From Eledone cirrhosa (Eukaryota), in NCBI GenBank assembly GCA_964016885.1, contig OZ024742.1:303056001-303120000 (forward strand): a DNA stretch of 64,000 nt. Reading direction: 5' to 3'. Under the pieces are notes generated by a model. That model saw nothing but the letters and a program-made list of their open reading frames with translations. It made no database searches and was not told where the DNA came from. Below, piece by piece: positions 30,171-41,093 of this stretch. Each line of letters begins with the position of its first letter. The first letter of the stretch is position 1. The translations under genes and the position numbers were made by a program.

Positions 30171-33100
30171 GGATGGACACATGTGTTAAACTTGCTCAGT
30201 AAGTTTTGTTTAAAAGTCTTTAGAAATTCGTCATTGTGAACTTTTATTTTTATACCAATTTTTAGAGGAACTGACAGGTCAAATTTTGATCTGGTCAGTC
30301 TCCCAAAATATCGTGCCCCTCAGGGCAAAAACATCCAATATATTTTCGAAAAAATGTTTGCAAAACACTTCAATTTTTAAGAAATGGCCGAAGCAAACGC
30401 ACCTACCTCTTTGTCAAAACAAGAATATGGGAAGGGAAAGCCATGCCTACTTGACCAGCAGGTAGTACAGACATGGATAAAGGAATGCCAACATTATCGC
30501 CTCAACATTTAAAAGAGCACAAGCTTCAGCTGCTTGTAAGCAACTGAACACGCCTGACGTCCCAAACGTCACATGTATCCACACACAGAAGGAAGTATAT
30601 GTAGCAAACACTAATACCATCACAAGCAAAAACAACAATACAACAAAAGGAATCAGTGGCAACACAACAAATGAGACCATCATCACCACCAACAACAACA
30701 ATAACACAATTTCATTTGCAGCAACCGTTGCTAAGCAACAGGATTTTAAATACTACTCCATGGACATTTCCCAAAAGTCCCATTATTTGGAAGAAGCTTC
30801 CAGCTATGTGACGTTTGTGGGAGACACCCCACACATACACATACCCCCACAAGTAAGAGAAATGACAGAAAAAGAAGTTAATTTATAGAACAGTTGACAT
30901 CACTACCAAAAAACCCATAACGCTCCCAACAAGCACTATCGAAGCTGCACTAAAAGATATCAAGCCAGACGTGGCATACCTCCAAAGAGGTAAACAGTAC
31001 GGAAGTGTGTCAGTGCTCTTTAAGAGCGAAACTCTAGCACGAAAACACTCGGTTCACCCAATAAAAACGGATCAACACATCTTCTTCCCCACATACATGG
31101 GAAGAAGATCCTACAAAATAAAAATAACCAGGATCCCAGCAGAGGTCAACATATGGTGAATCCTACGTTGCATCCTGAAGAAGGATGAGGAAAGGAAACC
31201 CCCCCCCCATCTGTAGACAGGACAGACCGGCATAACTGGTTTGGAACCTGCATCGAGGTTCTGGTACAAATGAGAAAATACCGGACAGGATCGTCCTTGA
31301 AAAGGTGTCATCTCCATTTTAGTGGAGGGGAAAAGACCTCAGTGCCATACGTATGGGAAAACCACACACTTAAAGGCATTTTGCCCTCTCTTAAACAAAC
31401 CGAGGACAAACAAGGTGTTATTAGCAACACCAAAACCCCAACATCAACACTCCAAACCAAATACAACACAAAAACCTGCAACATCCACTCCCACACCACT
31501 ACAGACCAGAGACAACCACACACACAATATCCCACTGAAAAACCCTTCATTGCCTCTTCCCCCCTCTGTCAAATACTTCCACAAACACCTGCACAAACAC
31601 TCCACCACACAACATACCCCTCCCATCTACCCCTGATTCATAAGTCTCAGAGACGGGAACCTCTACATCTCCAAGTGAGAATGAATAGGGACCCCAAAAA
31701 TCCAAAAAACAAAAAAGACACAAAAAAGACACAAAAAACATCTACAGAAAACACGCACACACCCAACCCCACCATAAACACACCGCCACAAACGACAAAC
31801 ACACCAACAACACAATCATTACCAACACAACCAAACACTTCACCAACCAAATAAACACCCACACCACCACAATCACAAACCCCAACCACAAAAAGAAAAC
31901 TACAAACAGAAACAGTACACATAAAAAACAAAACACATTACACACATAAAAACAAGAAACAAAGAACTGGTGGAAACTGTCCGAAAGGACCCCACAATAC
32001 AAACGGAAGGGAAAACCTTCTCCACCAACAACCACCCCCAAACCTCAAACTTATCAGGGTAACAACCCTAGAGTATGAAACTTTAAAAGAGAACTTCCCA
32101 CATGATGTGGGCCCCCCTTGTCAAAAGCCCCTTAACCGTGTCCTGCTAAAAGGATTCCCTCCCTCCCCAAACACCACCAATCTGGACATGGAGATCGAAC
32201 AACCCGACCTCCAAGAAACGAAAAGGTAAGTGTTCCTGCCTTTTCTCTCCTTAACTCTTCTTCACCAACATGGCGACTATACAAGCTGGTTGTTTGAATG
32301 TACGTGACCTGGGTATGTCCTGGAAATAGGGCCAGCTTTTAAATGATCTCAGGTCACATTGTATAGATGTGATAGCCATCACCAAATCCAGGATTCACGA
32401 CAAGCAGCAACTAACCCCATGTTCGATGATATTGAGATCTACGCATCTCTCTGTTCAGCCAGGAGGTGGAGGGGGAGTTGCTGTTCTGTTTCGAAAAAAC
32501 TTGGATATCAAAATACAGACGATTCACTTGGGCCCGTAGAGCAGCCTGGGGGTCCTAGACGTGAATGGTAGTGAAGGTGGAGCTTTCAGACTGGTGGCCT
32601 TATATGGGACATCGCGACCAGAGTTCTTCAAGCGTCTGGAGCTATTCCTGGGAACGTCTCGCTCTTTAGTGTTAGCGGAGGACTGGAATGGCATATTATA
32701 CGCACGTTGGGACTATGTAGGAACTTGTGATAATAGAGGGGGGTGTAATAGCCTCAAAAATCTCATCAGCCAATTCCAACTGGCTGATAGATATTGACTA
32801 GACTTCCCAAGTGCACCACTGTTGACGTGGAGCAACCGCACTGGGTCTTCTAGATCGTATTTAGATAGATTTTTAATTAGACAGAATGATAAGGAAACAT
32901 TAAGCTGGCCACAAATGCACATGGTTGCCTATTCAGACCACAAATTAGTCACCTGCGTAGTCAACCTTGATAGAACACATAGACAGTGACCCGGATACTG
33001 GAAGCTAAACATGTCGCTCCCGGCGTGTAAGGCCTACAGTAAACTGATTAGCACATTAGTTAAGTGCCAGTAGAACACGTGCTCTAAGAAACGAGGGAGA

Positions 33101-35117
33101 AAAGCTTTTAGCTGGGCTCGAGTGGCAGAGCCGAAAAGTGGCAACAAATCCACAATTCGGTCTTTGCAAGACAAAGATGGACGCATTATACTTGAAGCCA
33201 AGCAGATGTGCACGGCCTTCCAGCAGCATTTTGCACAATTGTTCGGGCAAAGCGGTACATCGAGCAAGGTGATGGACTTCAGCTCCTACCTCGACAGCGT
33301 ACCGCGACTCTCGAGCACGGATGCGGAGAGCTGCGAAAGGCCGATCCGAGCGGCCGAAATAGAAGATGCCCTAGGCCGCTGCGGGAAACGCAAATCACCC
33401 GGTTTAGATGGTCTACCCTATGGGTTTTACTTAGGCATGCCAGGCTTGTTCTCTGGCGACCTCGAAGCTGTCTACTGCAACTGGCAGCAGAACGGGAGGA
33501 TTCCCAGTTCTGTAGGCAGACGACATAACCGTAATGGTGTTGAAAACCTCGGAAATCGGGGTAATCGGCAACCTATTACAGGAATACGAAACGTTGACAG
33601 GAGCAAGACTAAACCCAAACAAGTTTGTCGGTTTGCAAGTCGGCACATGGAGAAGCAAACGCATGCCTTCCGACAGTGTCGTTGGACGCTGGACAGAAGG
33701 ACCGGTGAAATTGATCGGGGTCTGGTTCGGTCCAGACCTCCAGGTGGACAAGAACTGGAACGAGGTCACGGCGAAGGTGTTTGCACTCATCCAGAAGTGG
33801 GCTGAGTGCAAACTCTCCTTGAAAGGTTGAGCGGAGGTGGCGAACACTTTCATAGCGTCCGTCATCTACTACCGCTTGACAGTCGTGCCTTGCCCCCGCG
33901 AATACCTTACCAAAATGGAACGTCTACTCTTCAAGTTCCTCTGGAAGAAACAGGCTCCATTGGTGAGGAGATCCATCTGCTGTCAACACCCTTCTAACGG
34001 AGGGCTGGGCATGCCGTGGCTGATGATACGCAAACATGCGCTGAGGCTACGCCATCTCCAGGTATTCCTGATCGGTGAACCGGTGTGGATGTCGTTTGTG
34101 AGACAAGCTCTTTCACAACTCGTCTCACTACAGAGCTGCAGTCCTGGGTCAAGCGAAGACAGAAAATGGGTGCCTGGCACCTCGACTGCCTACAGGCGCT
34201 CACAGCCCTCTACCAAGCGGAAACGGCAATCAGCGGAGACTCCACTTCGACATTCTATAGGGGATTAGTGGAGGATAAGTGAAACGACGTTCTCGGGGAA
34301 ACTCTAGGCATCGAGGAGGACGAACTGACCAGTCTGTTCAGGAGGACTTTCCGTCCAGGGCCTATGGATAACTTCCAGAGGTCTCTGGCCTGGCAGTGCT
34401 ACCGAGGACTCTAACAGTTCGAGACAAAATCTACAAGCCCCGACGCCTTGGCAGAGATCCTGCCAAAAGGACCTGTCCAAGATGCAATCAGGACATCGAA
34501 ACCGTTCTGCAGGCAATTGTTCAGTGCCCAGAGGTGACCGACCTGTGGAATTATGTCGAACAGCTGCTGTCACGTGTGAGACGCATCCACTTGTTAGCCG
34601 AGTCCATCGTGAGGATCACCCCGCCGCCTTCATTTAAGAACGAAGGAGAGGCTGTTTTCCTCTGTCTGGTGGCTATGAGGAAAGAGGTAATATGGTGGTC
34701 GAGGTTAAAAGGACTGAGGCAAACACCTTTCTCTCTGGACAACAACTTATCCCCTTCTTTAAGTACCACTTCAGAAGGAAGGTGAGAGTGGAGAGAGAGG
34801 TGCTACACCCCAGTAAATTCGCTGAAAGGTGGGTGAATGTGGCGAAAATGGCCCGAGTAAATGTAGGTTGAGGAAGATAAATAGAGGGAAGACAGGAACA
34901 CCTACAAAACGTGTTCCTGGTGTTGAGGGTTGTTCTATCCACGAGGTGTAAAACAACCCCGCAGTAACGTTCCCCCCTACTGGGGATTTCAATTGTTATT
35001 TTATTATATACAGTTTATTGTTATTTATTAATGCTAAAGTTATTTTTATGTAAAACCCCCGCCGTCACGTCTTGTAATGTCCCATTTTTGTACGCCCATG
35101 TGGCAAATAAAGAAAGA
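30171..35117 (+). mobile_element. Tx1-like LINE copy 4 (subfamily C, most decayed, internal deletions)
   Basis: ORF1 remnants (FFPTYMG, EGKRPQCHTYGKTTHLKAFC, DVGPPCQKPLNRVLLK) and ORF2 ATG at 32270. Deletions near 33070 and near 33515; the second joins NGRIPSSV directly to ADD and removes the RT core. The 3' end is aataaagaaaga-(TATC)n. Confidence 0.9.
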
Positions 35118-35164
<47 letters not shown>

Positions 35165-35417
35165 ATATCTATCTATCTATCTATCAATCTAGCTGTCGTC
35201 TGTTCTACAGTGTGGATGTCATTCACTTCGCACAGAAGTTTTGTTCAAATTTATTGAGGAAATTTTGTGAGTTCAAACTTAATTTTGATACAATTGTGTA
35301 GCTTGACCCTCCGTCTGAACTGTCAGGCGGTGGGTCAGCTCATCTTTACCCCTCCTAGAGGTGAAAAACCTGTTTTAAAAAAAATTTTGTGTAAAAAATT
35401 TCAATCGTCTAACAGAA

Positions 35418-37297
35418 ATGTTAAACGCAGCGAACGAAAATAGTGGTGGGGGGACAGCGGTACGAGTTGTAAGCTCGCACGCTTTAGTCCTCCCTTCCTT
35501 CCCAACTAACGTCATAGAGAAGGAAGGAAAAATGAAAATAAAAACGGACGAATCTGCGGAGAAAAAATTAAATGACGATAACAACGAAAAAAAAAAATTT
35601 GAAAAATTGCATGACAATACTAATAACACAAACAAAGACACAACAAACAAAAAAATAACAGTTGAAAATAACATCATATCAGAAAACAAAGCAGACGACA
35701 AGACTTCATTTGCACAGAAAACAAAGAAATCTTTGACTTATATAGCGGAAAACATTTCAGATGTGGTACGAAGGATCACGGACGCAAAACAATACATAAG
35801 TGAAGGTGAGAATGGTATTTTATTGGTAAAAATGCCTCAAGAATTCACGAAAGACATTGAAAGCCGAACGGTCAAGTTTCGGACCATCAACAACAGTACA
35901 AAAAAACCTGAACAGCCTTCTCAAGCAGATATCAAAACAGTACTCGCAGAAGTACTGAATGAAACAACTTTCATAAGAAAAGACAGACTGTATGGAAGCC
36001 TAGCAATTATCATGAAGAACGAATCGGCGGCAAAAAAATGTGCTTTGTCACCGATTCGTTCGAAAAATTTCACCTTTTATCCATCTTATATGGGAAAAAA
36101 AAAACTCAACGCATATGGCTGGATGCAATGATGCCAGATGTGGACTACTGCTGGCTCATAGCTGGCTTCATCGATCCAGTGAATGACAACGTGATTTCCA
36201 TTGGGAAAACCACAGGCAATGCGTTCAGTGGAACAGGTATAGAGCTGGTAGTACAAATGAAGCCTGAACGCATCGCCCAAATACCCGACAGAATCCTATT
36301 AGAGGACCACGGGTATATAAACATTAGCGTGGAGGGGAGAAGGCCGTCCTGCCATATCTGTGCAGGCAGAGGGCACCTGAAGGCCGCTTGTCCCCAACTC
36401 AACAAAAAGAAAACCCTGCTACCAACACCAGCTCCACCACCACCACCACAACAGATAAACAAACAACAAAACTCAGTCCCACCCAACCCGTCCCTCAGTA
36501 ACACCACAACACCACCACAACACAAACAGTCACAACACATTACCCCAAAACAAAATACAGGCCCACCCAACCTCTCACTCAATAAAACAACACAACCACC
36601 GCAGACACAACACACAACACAGTCTAACATAGTGACATCCATCTCCCCCACAAAGAAAACCAACACGGAAACATTACCAGCAAACATACCTCTTCCCTCC
36701 AACACTGAAGATAACCCAACGAATTCGGAGGAAGAAACGGAGTCCTTCAGACAGATTAAAAGGAAAAAAAGAAAACATGTGCAAAACACACAAGGACAAA
36801 CAACCCCCACCCAAATCGCAACACAATCTAACAAAACAGAAAACACCCCTCCAGCAACAAACAAAACCAAACCTGCCCCTCCCCTCTTCGAAACACTCAC
36901 ACCATCGGAAAAAAAGACATTACACTATACTTACATCAACAGAAACAATAATAAATTAAATGAACTCATATACAATAATCCTTCGGTACAAACCGAAGGT
37001 GTAAACTTTGTTTCATCAGAAAACCACCCACATTTAAAACTAATAAAAATCCCAATGAACCTCTACCAAAAACTAAAAAAGGATTTTAAGGAGGACGTAG
37101 GACCACCCTCTGTCAAACCCATAAACCGCGTCCTACTAAAAAGCTTTCCCCCTCCCCTTCCCCTCCCCAACACAACTCCAAACACCCCAACCCCACCACA
37201 CACCGACGACCCCACACCACCACAAGACACCCCTTCACCCAACACCCCCGACCCCATGGAAGTCGTGCAACCCGAACCCCGGGAAGCGGAAAGGTAG
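35418..37297 (+). pseudogene. ORF1 of copy 5 (one homopolymer frameshift, possibly a sequencing error)
   Basis: ORFs 35418-36131 and 36038-37297 join at YMG-K(n)-TQRI; copy 6 reads YMGKRTQRI in frame at this point. Zinc knuckle CHICAGRGHLKAAC. Confidence 0.85.
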
Positions 37298-37330
37298 GTC
37301 TCTACACTCTCCTTTGGCTCTGCCGCCCAC

Positions 37331-40300
37331 ATGGATGTGTTAAGAGTAGGATGTTTGAATGCACGTGGCCTGGGCTCAACTTGGAAGCAAGCAAAGCTTC
37401 TAAATGACCTCAGGTCATGTAGTATAAATGTAATGGTTATCTGTGAGACTCGAATCAGCGTCATGCGGCAGCTGGCCCCCACCTTCGATGACTTTGAGGT
37501 GCATGCATCTCTCTGTCAACCTGGAGGTGGGGGTGGGGTTGTCGTGCTGCTGCAAAAACACCTGGGTCTTGCCGTACAGGTTGTGCACTCGGACCCGGAG
37601 GGTCGTTTGTTGGTGCTAGACGTTGGCAGTAGTGAAAGTGCGGCCTTGAGACTGGTCGCCGTCTACTCCCCTTTCGGAGCTGAACGGCCCGACTTCTTCC
37701 AGCGTTTGGAGACTTTTCTGGGAACGTCGCGTTCCCTGCTTCTAGCGGGGGATTGGAATGACATCCTAGATGCACGTTGGGACTATGCAGGAGCATGTCC
37801 TAATAGAGGGGGGTGTAACAGCCTCAAGGGGTTACTCGACCGTTTTAACTTGGTCGATAGATATCGACTAGATTTTCCAACTGTGCCTACCTGGACTTGG
37901 AGAAACCACAGTGGTCAATCTAGATCGTACTTAGATAGATTCTTAGTTAGAAGTAAGGATAGGGACATATTAAGCTGTCCAGAAATGCGCACGGTTGGCT
38001 ACACGGATCACAAATTAGTGACCTGCGTGGTCAATCTCGAGAAAACACATAGACAGGGTCCCGGTTACTGGAAACTTAATTTGTCTTTACCGGCAAAAGA
38101 GACTTACAGAAACCGGATTAGCAGATTAGTTAAGGAGAGGTTGACGGGTGCAATCGTCAACAACCGATGGTGGGCATCTCTCAAAAGAGAGATTAGAACA
38201 GAATCAATAAGTTATAGCAAGATGTTAGCTGCCAATAGGAATAGAAACGAGAAAGAATTAACAGGTAAATTAGAAGAGGCAATCAAGAGCGAAGATGTGG
38301 CCAGAGTGCTGGCATCGAGGACGGCCTTGAACCAGTTTTTCGATGCAAAGCATGAAGGCTGCGTCATTCGAAGTAAAATACGTGCTCTAGGTAATGAGGG
38401 GGCCAAAGCCGTTGGATGGGCCCGCGTGACAGAAGCTAAAAGTGGAAATCGATCCACCATCCGGTCGTTGCAAGACGAAGATGGACGGGTGATCCGGGAG
38501 CCTACGCAGATGTGCGAGGCCTTTCAAAAGCACTTTGCCCGATTGTTCGGGGGAGGCGAGGGTCCGGGCCGGGGCGTGGATTTCGGTCCATACCTCGACG
38601 GCCTGCCGCGTCTCTCGAACAAAGAGGCAGAGTCCTGCGAGGGACCAATCTCGGCTGATGAGATCGGAGATGCGCTGAGCCAATGCAGCAGACGCAAATC
38701 TCCAGGTCTCGATGGTATACCTTACGAACTTTATTTAGCAATGCCGGTCTTCTTCTCCGAACTCCTCGAAGCGGTCTACTGCAATTGGCAGCAGAACGGG
38801 AGAATTCCTTGTTCTGTAGCCAAGGGCGTAGTCACGCTGGTGAGGAAGGACGAGAAAAAGGGGGATAGTATAAATAATTTTCGGCCCATAACCCTGCTAA
38901 ACACAGAGTTAAAGATTTTGGCCAAGGTGTTAGCAAAGAGGTTGGCGCTTGTCGTGGGTGGCCTGGTGGGAGATGCGCAGACATGTGCTATCCCATCCAG
39001 GTCCATTCACGATAACCTCCACCTCATGCGATACATCATAGAGAGGGTTGGCAACAAACCCGGCTTCGGTGGGGCCCTGATCAACTTGGATCAGTCTAAG
39101 GCCTTCGATAGGGTCGACCATGGTTACCTGGATGCGGTGCTAGCGGCGGCTGGGTTCGGTCCTGTTTTCAGAGGCTGGATCACTGCCCTACATAGCAACC
39201 ACATCTGTTCTAGGATCAAGGTGAACGGCTACCTTTCGAAGCCGTTCGAAATCACACGATCCATTCGACAGGGGTGCCCTCTCTCCTCCCTTCTGTACGT
39301 ATTGACTCTCGAGCCTTTACTGAGGAAGCTGGAGTTGTTGCAGGGTATCCCCCTGGAACCAGGATTGAGCAAAGCGGTGTCGGCCTACGCCGATGACGTA
39401 ACAGTAATGGTATCAACCGACTCGGAGATCGAGGCGATCGGTACCTTACTGGAGGAGTACGAAAGGTTGTCAGGAGCGAAACTGAACCGGGAAAAATCCA
39501 TCGGGCTGCAACTCGGAACGTGGAGAGGCAAACCGATGCCTCCTGACGGTGTCGTCGGACACTGGACGGAGGGCCCGGTAAAGTTGCTTGGGGTCTGGTT
39601 TGGACCGGACCTCCAGGTGGAAAAGAACTGGAACGAGGTTACGAACAAGGTGTTTGCACTAACCCAGAAATGGGCCAAGTGTAAACTGTCCCTAAAAGGC
39701 CGGGCGGAGGTGGCGAACATTTACATAGCGTCCGTCACTTACTACCGCCTGACTGTCGTGCCTTGCCCTAAGGAAACACTCACCACCATGGAACGCATGC
39801 TCTTCCAATTTCTTTGGAAGAAGCGTCCTCCTATGGTGAGAAGATCCATCTGCTGCCAACAACCTTCGAAAGGAGGGCTGGGGATGCCGTGGTTGATGAT
39901 GCGTAGGCACGCATTAAGGCTACGGCACCTACAGGTATTCCTCACTGGTCAACCGGTGTGGGCTCCGTTCGTGAAACGAGCCTTTCCGAGACTCGTCTCA
40001 CTCACCGAGCTACAGTCCTGGGTCAAGCAAAGATCCGGAAAACTGGGAGACTGGCACACTGAGTGTGCTCAGGCGCTCAGGGCTCTCTGGCAAGCGGGCC
40101 GGGCCATCGGTGGAGAATCCACCTCATCATTCTATAGAGGGCTGGTGGCTAGCAGGGGCGATGACACCCTTGGAGAGTCGCTGGACATGGAAGAAGACGA
40201 ACTGGCCAGCCTGTTCGGTAGGACTTTCGGCCCAGGACCAATGGACAACTTCCAGAAGTCACTGGCCTGGCAGTGCTACCGATGGGCTCTACCCGTTCGA

Positions 40301-40768
40301 GAGAGGCTCTACAGACACGGGCGCCCGGGCAGGGATCCCTCAAAAAAGATTTGCCCTAGATGCGTGCGTCACGAAGAAACCGTGGCGCACGCATTGGTGC
40401 AATGTCCTGGCGTGGCTGATCTGTGGGGCTACGCCGAACAACTGCTGTCGCGGGTGGCGCCGATTAAATTGACCGCCGAGTCCGTGATGACAATCAAACC
40501 GCCTCCCCTCTTCACAAAGGAAGCAAAGGCGGTTTTTCTGTGCGTAATAGCCATGTTGAAAGAGGTTGTTTGGTGGACACGATTGAAAGGTCTGAGGTCA
40601 GGCAACTTCCTCTCTGGCCATAGTCTGGTCTACTTCTTCCGATATCACTTCGGAAGAAGGATAAGAATGGAGAGAGAGGTGCTTGGCCACAGGCAGTTTT
40701 ATGAAAGGTGGGTGATAGTGGCGAGAATGGCTCGTGTAAATGGGCCTTCTCTGTATACCATCCTGTAG
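37331..40768 (+). CDS. Intact ORF2 polyprotein: APE endonuclease, reverse transcriptase and C-terminal CCHC zinc finger (1145 aa)
   Basis: APE motifs NARGL, CETR, GDWN, YLDRF, TDHK; L1/Tx1-type GPGYWKLN; RT motifs KSPGLDG, FRPITLLN, DQSKAFD, RQGCPLS, YADD, GGLG; CPRCVRHEETVAHALVQC. Confidence 0.95.
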   Translation: MDVLRVGCLNARGLGSTWKQAKLLNDLRSCSINVMVICETRISVMRQLAPTFDDFEVHASLCQPGGGGGVVVLLQKHLGLAVQVVHSDPEGRLLVLDVGSSESAALRLVAVYSPFGAERPDFFQRLETFLGTSRSLLLAGDWNDILDARWDYAGACPNRGGCNSLKGLLDRFNLVDRYRLDFPTVPTWTWRNHSGQSRSYLDRFLVRSKDRDILSCPEMRTVGYTDHKLVTCVVNLEKTHRQGPGYWKLNLSLPAKETYRNRISRLVKERLTGAIVNNRWWASLKREIRTESISYSKMLAANRNRNEKELTGKLEEAIKSEDVARVLASRTALNQFFDAKHEGCVIRSKIRALGNEGAKAVGWARVTEAKSGNRSTIRSLQDEDGRVIREPTQMCEAFQKHFARLFGGGEGPGRGVDFGPYLDGLPRLSNKEAESCEGPISADEIGDALSQCSRRKSPGLDGIPYELYLAMPVFFSELLEAVYCNWQQNGRIPCSVAKGVVTLVRKDEKKGDSINNFRPITLLNTELKILAKVLAKRLALVVGGLVGDAQTCAIPSRSIHDNLHLMRYIIERVGNKPGFGGALINLDQSKAFDRVDHGYLDAVLAAAGFGPVFRGWITALHSNHICSRIKVNGYLSKPFEITRSIRQGCPLSSLLYVLTLEPLLRKLELLQGIPLEPGLSKAVSAYADDVTVMVSTDSEIEAIGTLLEEYERLSGAKLNREKSIGLQLGTWRGKPMPPDGVVGHWTEGPVKLLGVWFGPDLQVEKNWNEVTNKVFALTQKWAKCKLSLKGRAEVANIYIASVTYYRLTVVPCPKETLTTMERMLFQFLWKKRPPMVRRSICCQQPSKGGLGMPWLMMRRHALRLRHLQVFLTGQPVWAPFVKRAFPRLVSLTELQSWVKQRSGKLGDWHTECAQALRALWQAGRAIGGESTSSFYRGLVASRGDDTLGESLDMEEDELASLFGRTFGPGPMDNFQKSLAWQCYRWALPVRERLYRHGRPGRDPSKKICPRCVRHEETVAHALVQCPGVADLWGYAEQLLSRVAPIKLTAESVMTIKPPPLFTKEAKAVFLCVIAMLKEVVWWTRLKGLRSGNFLSGHSLVYFFRYHFGRRIRMEREVLGHRQFYERWVIVARMARVNGPSLYTIL

Positions 40769-40998
40769 GTAAAGAAGTAAAGGAGAGGGGAGCACCTTCT
40801 CCATGTGCTCCCCGGGCAAAGGATTGCACACTTTTTCGGGGGTGTGTGCAACCCCCATCACGTCCCCTCCCTTTTGAGGTTATTTTCGATTATTTTCATG
40901 TTACACCCTTTTTACTCGATTATATGTAAACTCCCCCTTTGTATTTGTCCCTTCTTTTTATGCCTTTATGGTAAATAAAGAAATCTATCTATCTATCC

Positions 40999-41093
<95 letters not shown>

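Larger units (their letters stand above)
35186..40982 (+). mobile_element. Tx1-like LINE copy 5 (subfamily D, full length, ORF2 intact)
   Basis: 5'UTR, ORF1 35418-37297 with a single A-run frameshift at ~36095-36104, intact ORF2 37331-40768, 3'UTR, AATAAA, then (ATCT)n. Confidence 0.95.

Noticed and set aside
36090-36106. Programmed ribosomal frameshift in ORF1 at GGGAAAAAAAAAA
   Set aside because: Copies 3, 4 and 6 lack the A-run at this site and other copies shift at different A-runs, so slippage mutation or sequencing error is more likely.
36145-36900. Antisense ORFs over ORF1 (also 42072-42791) as an ORF0-like gene
   Set aside because: They are V/G/C-rich mirrors of the A/C-rich linker and their sequence is not conserved between subfamilies.
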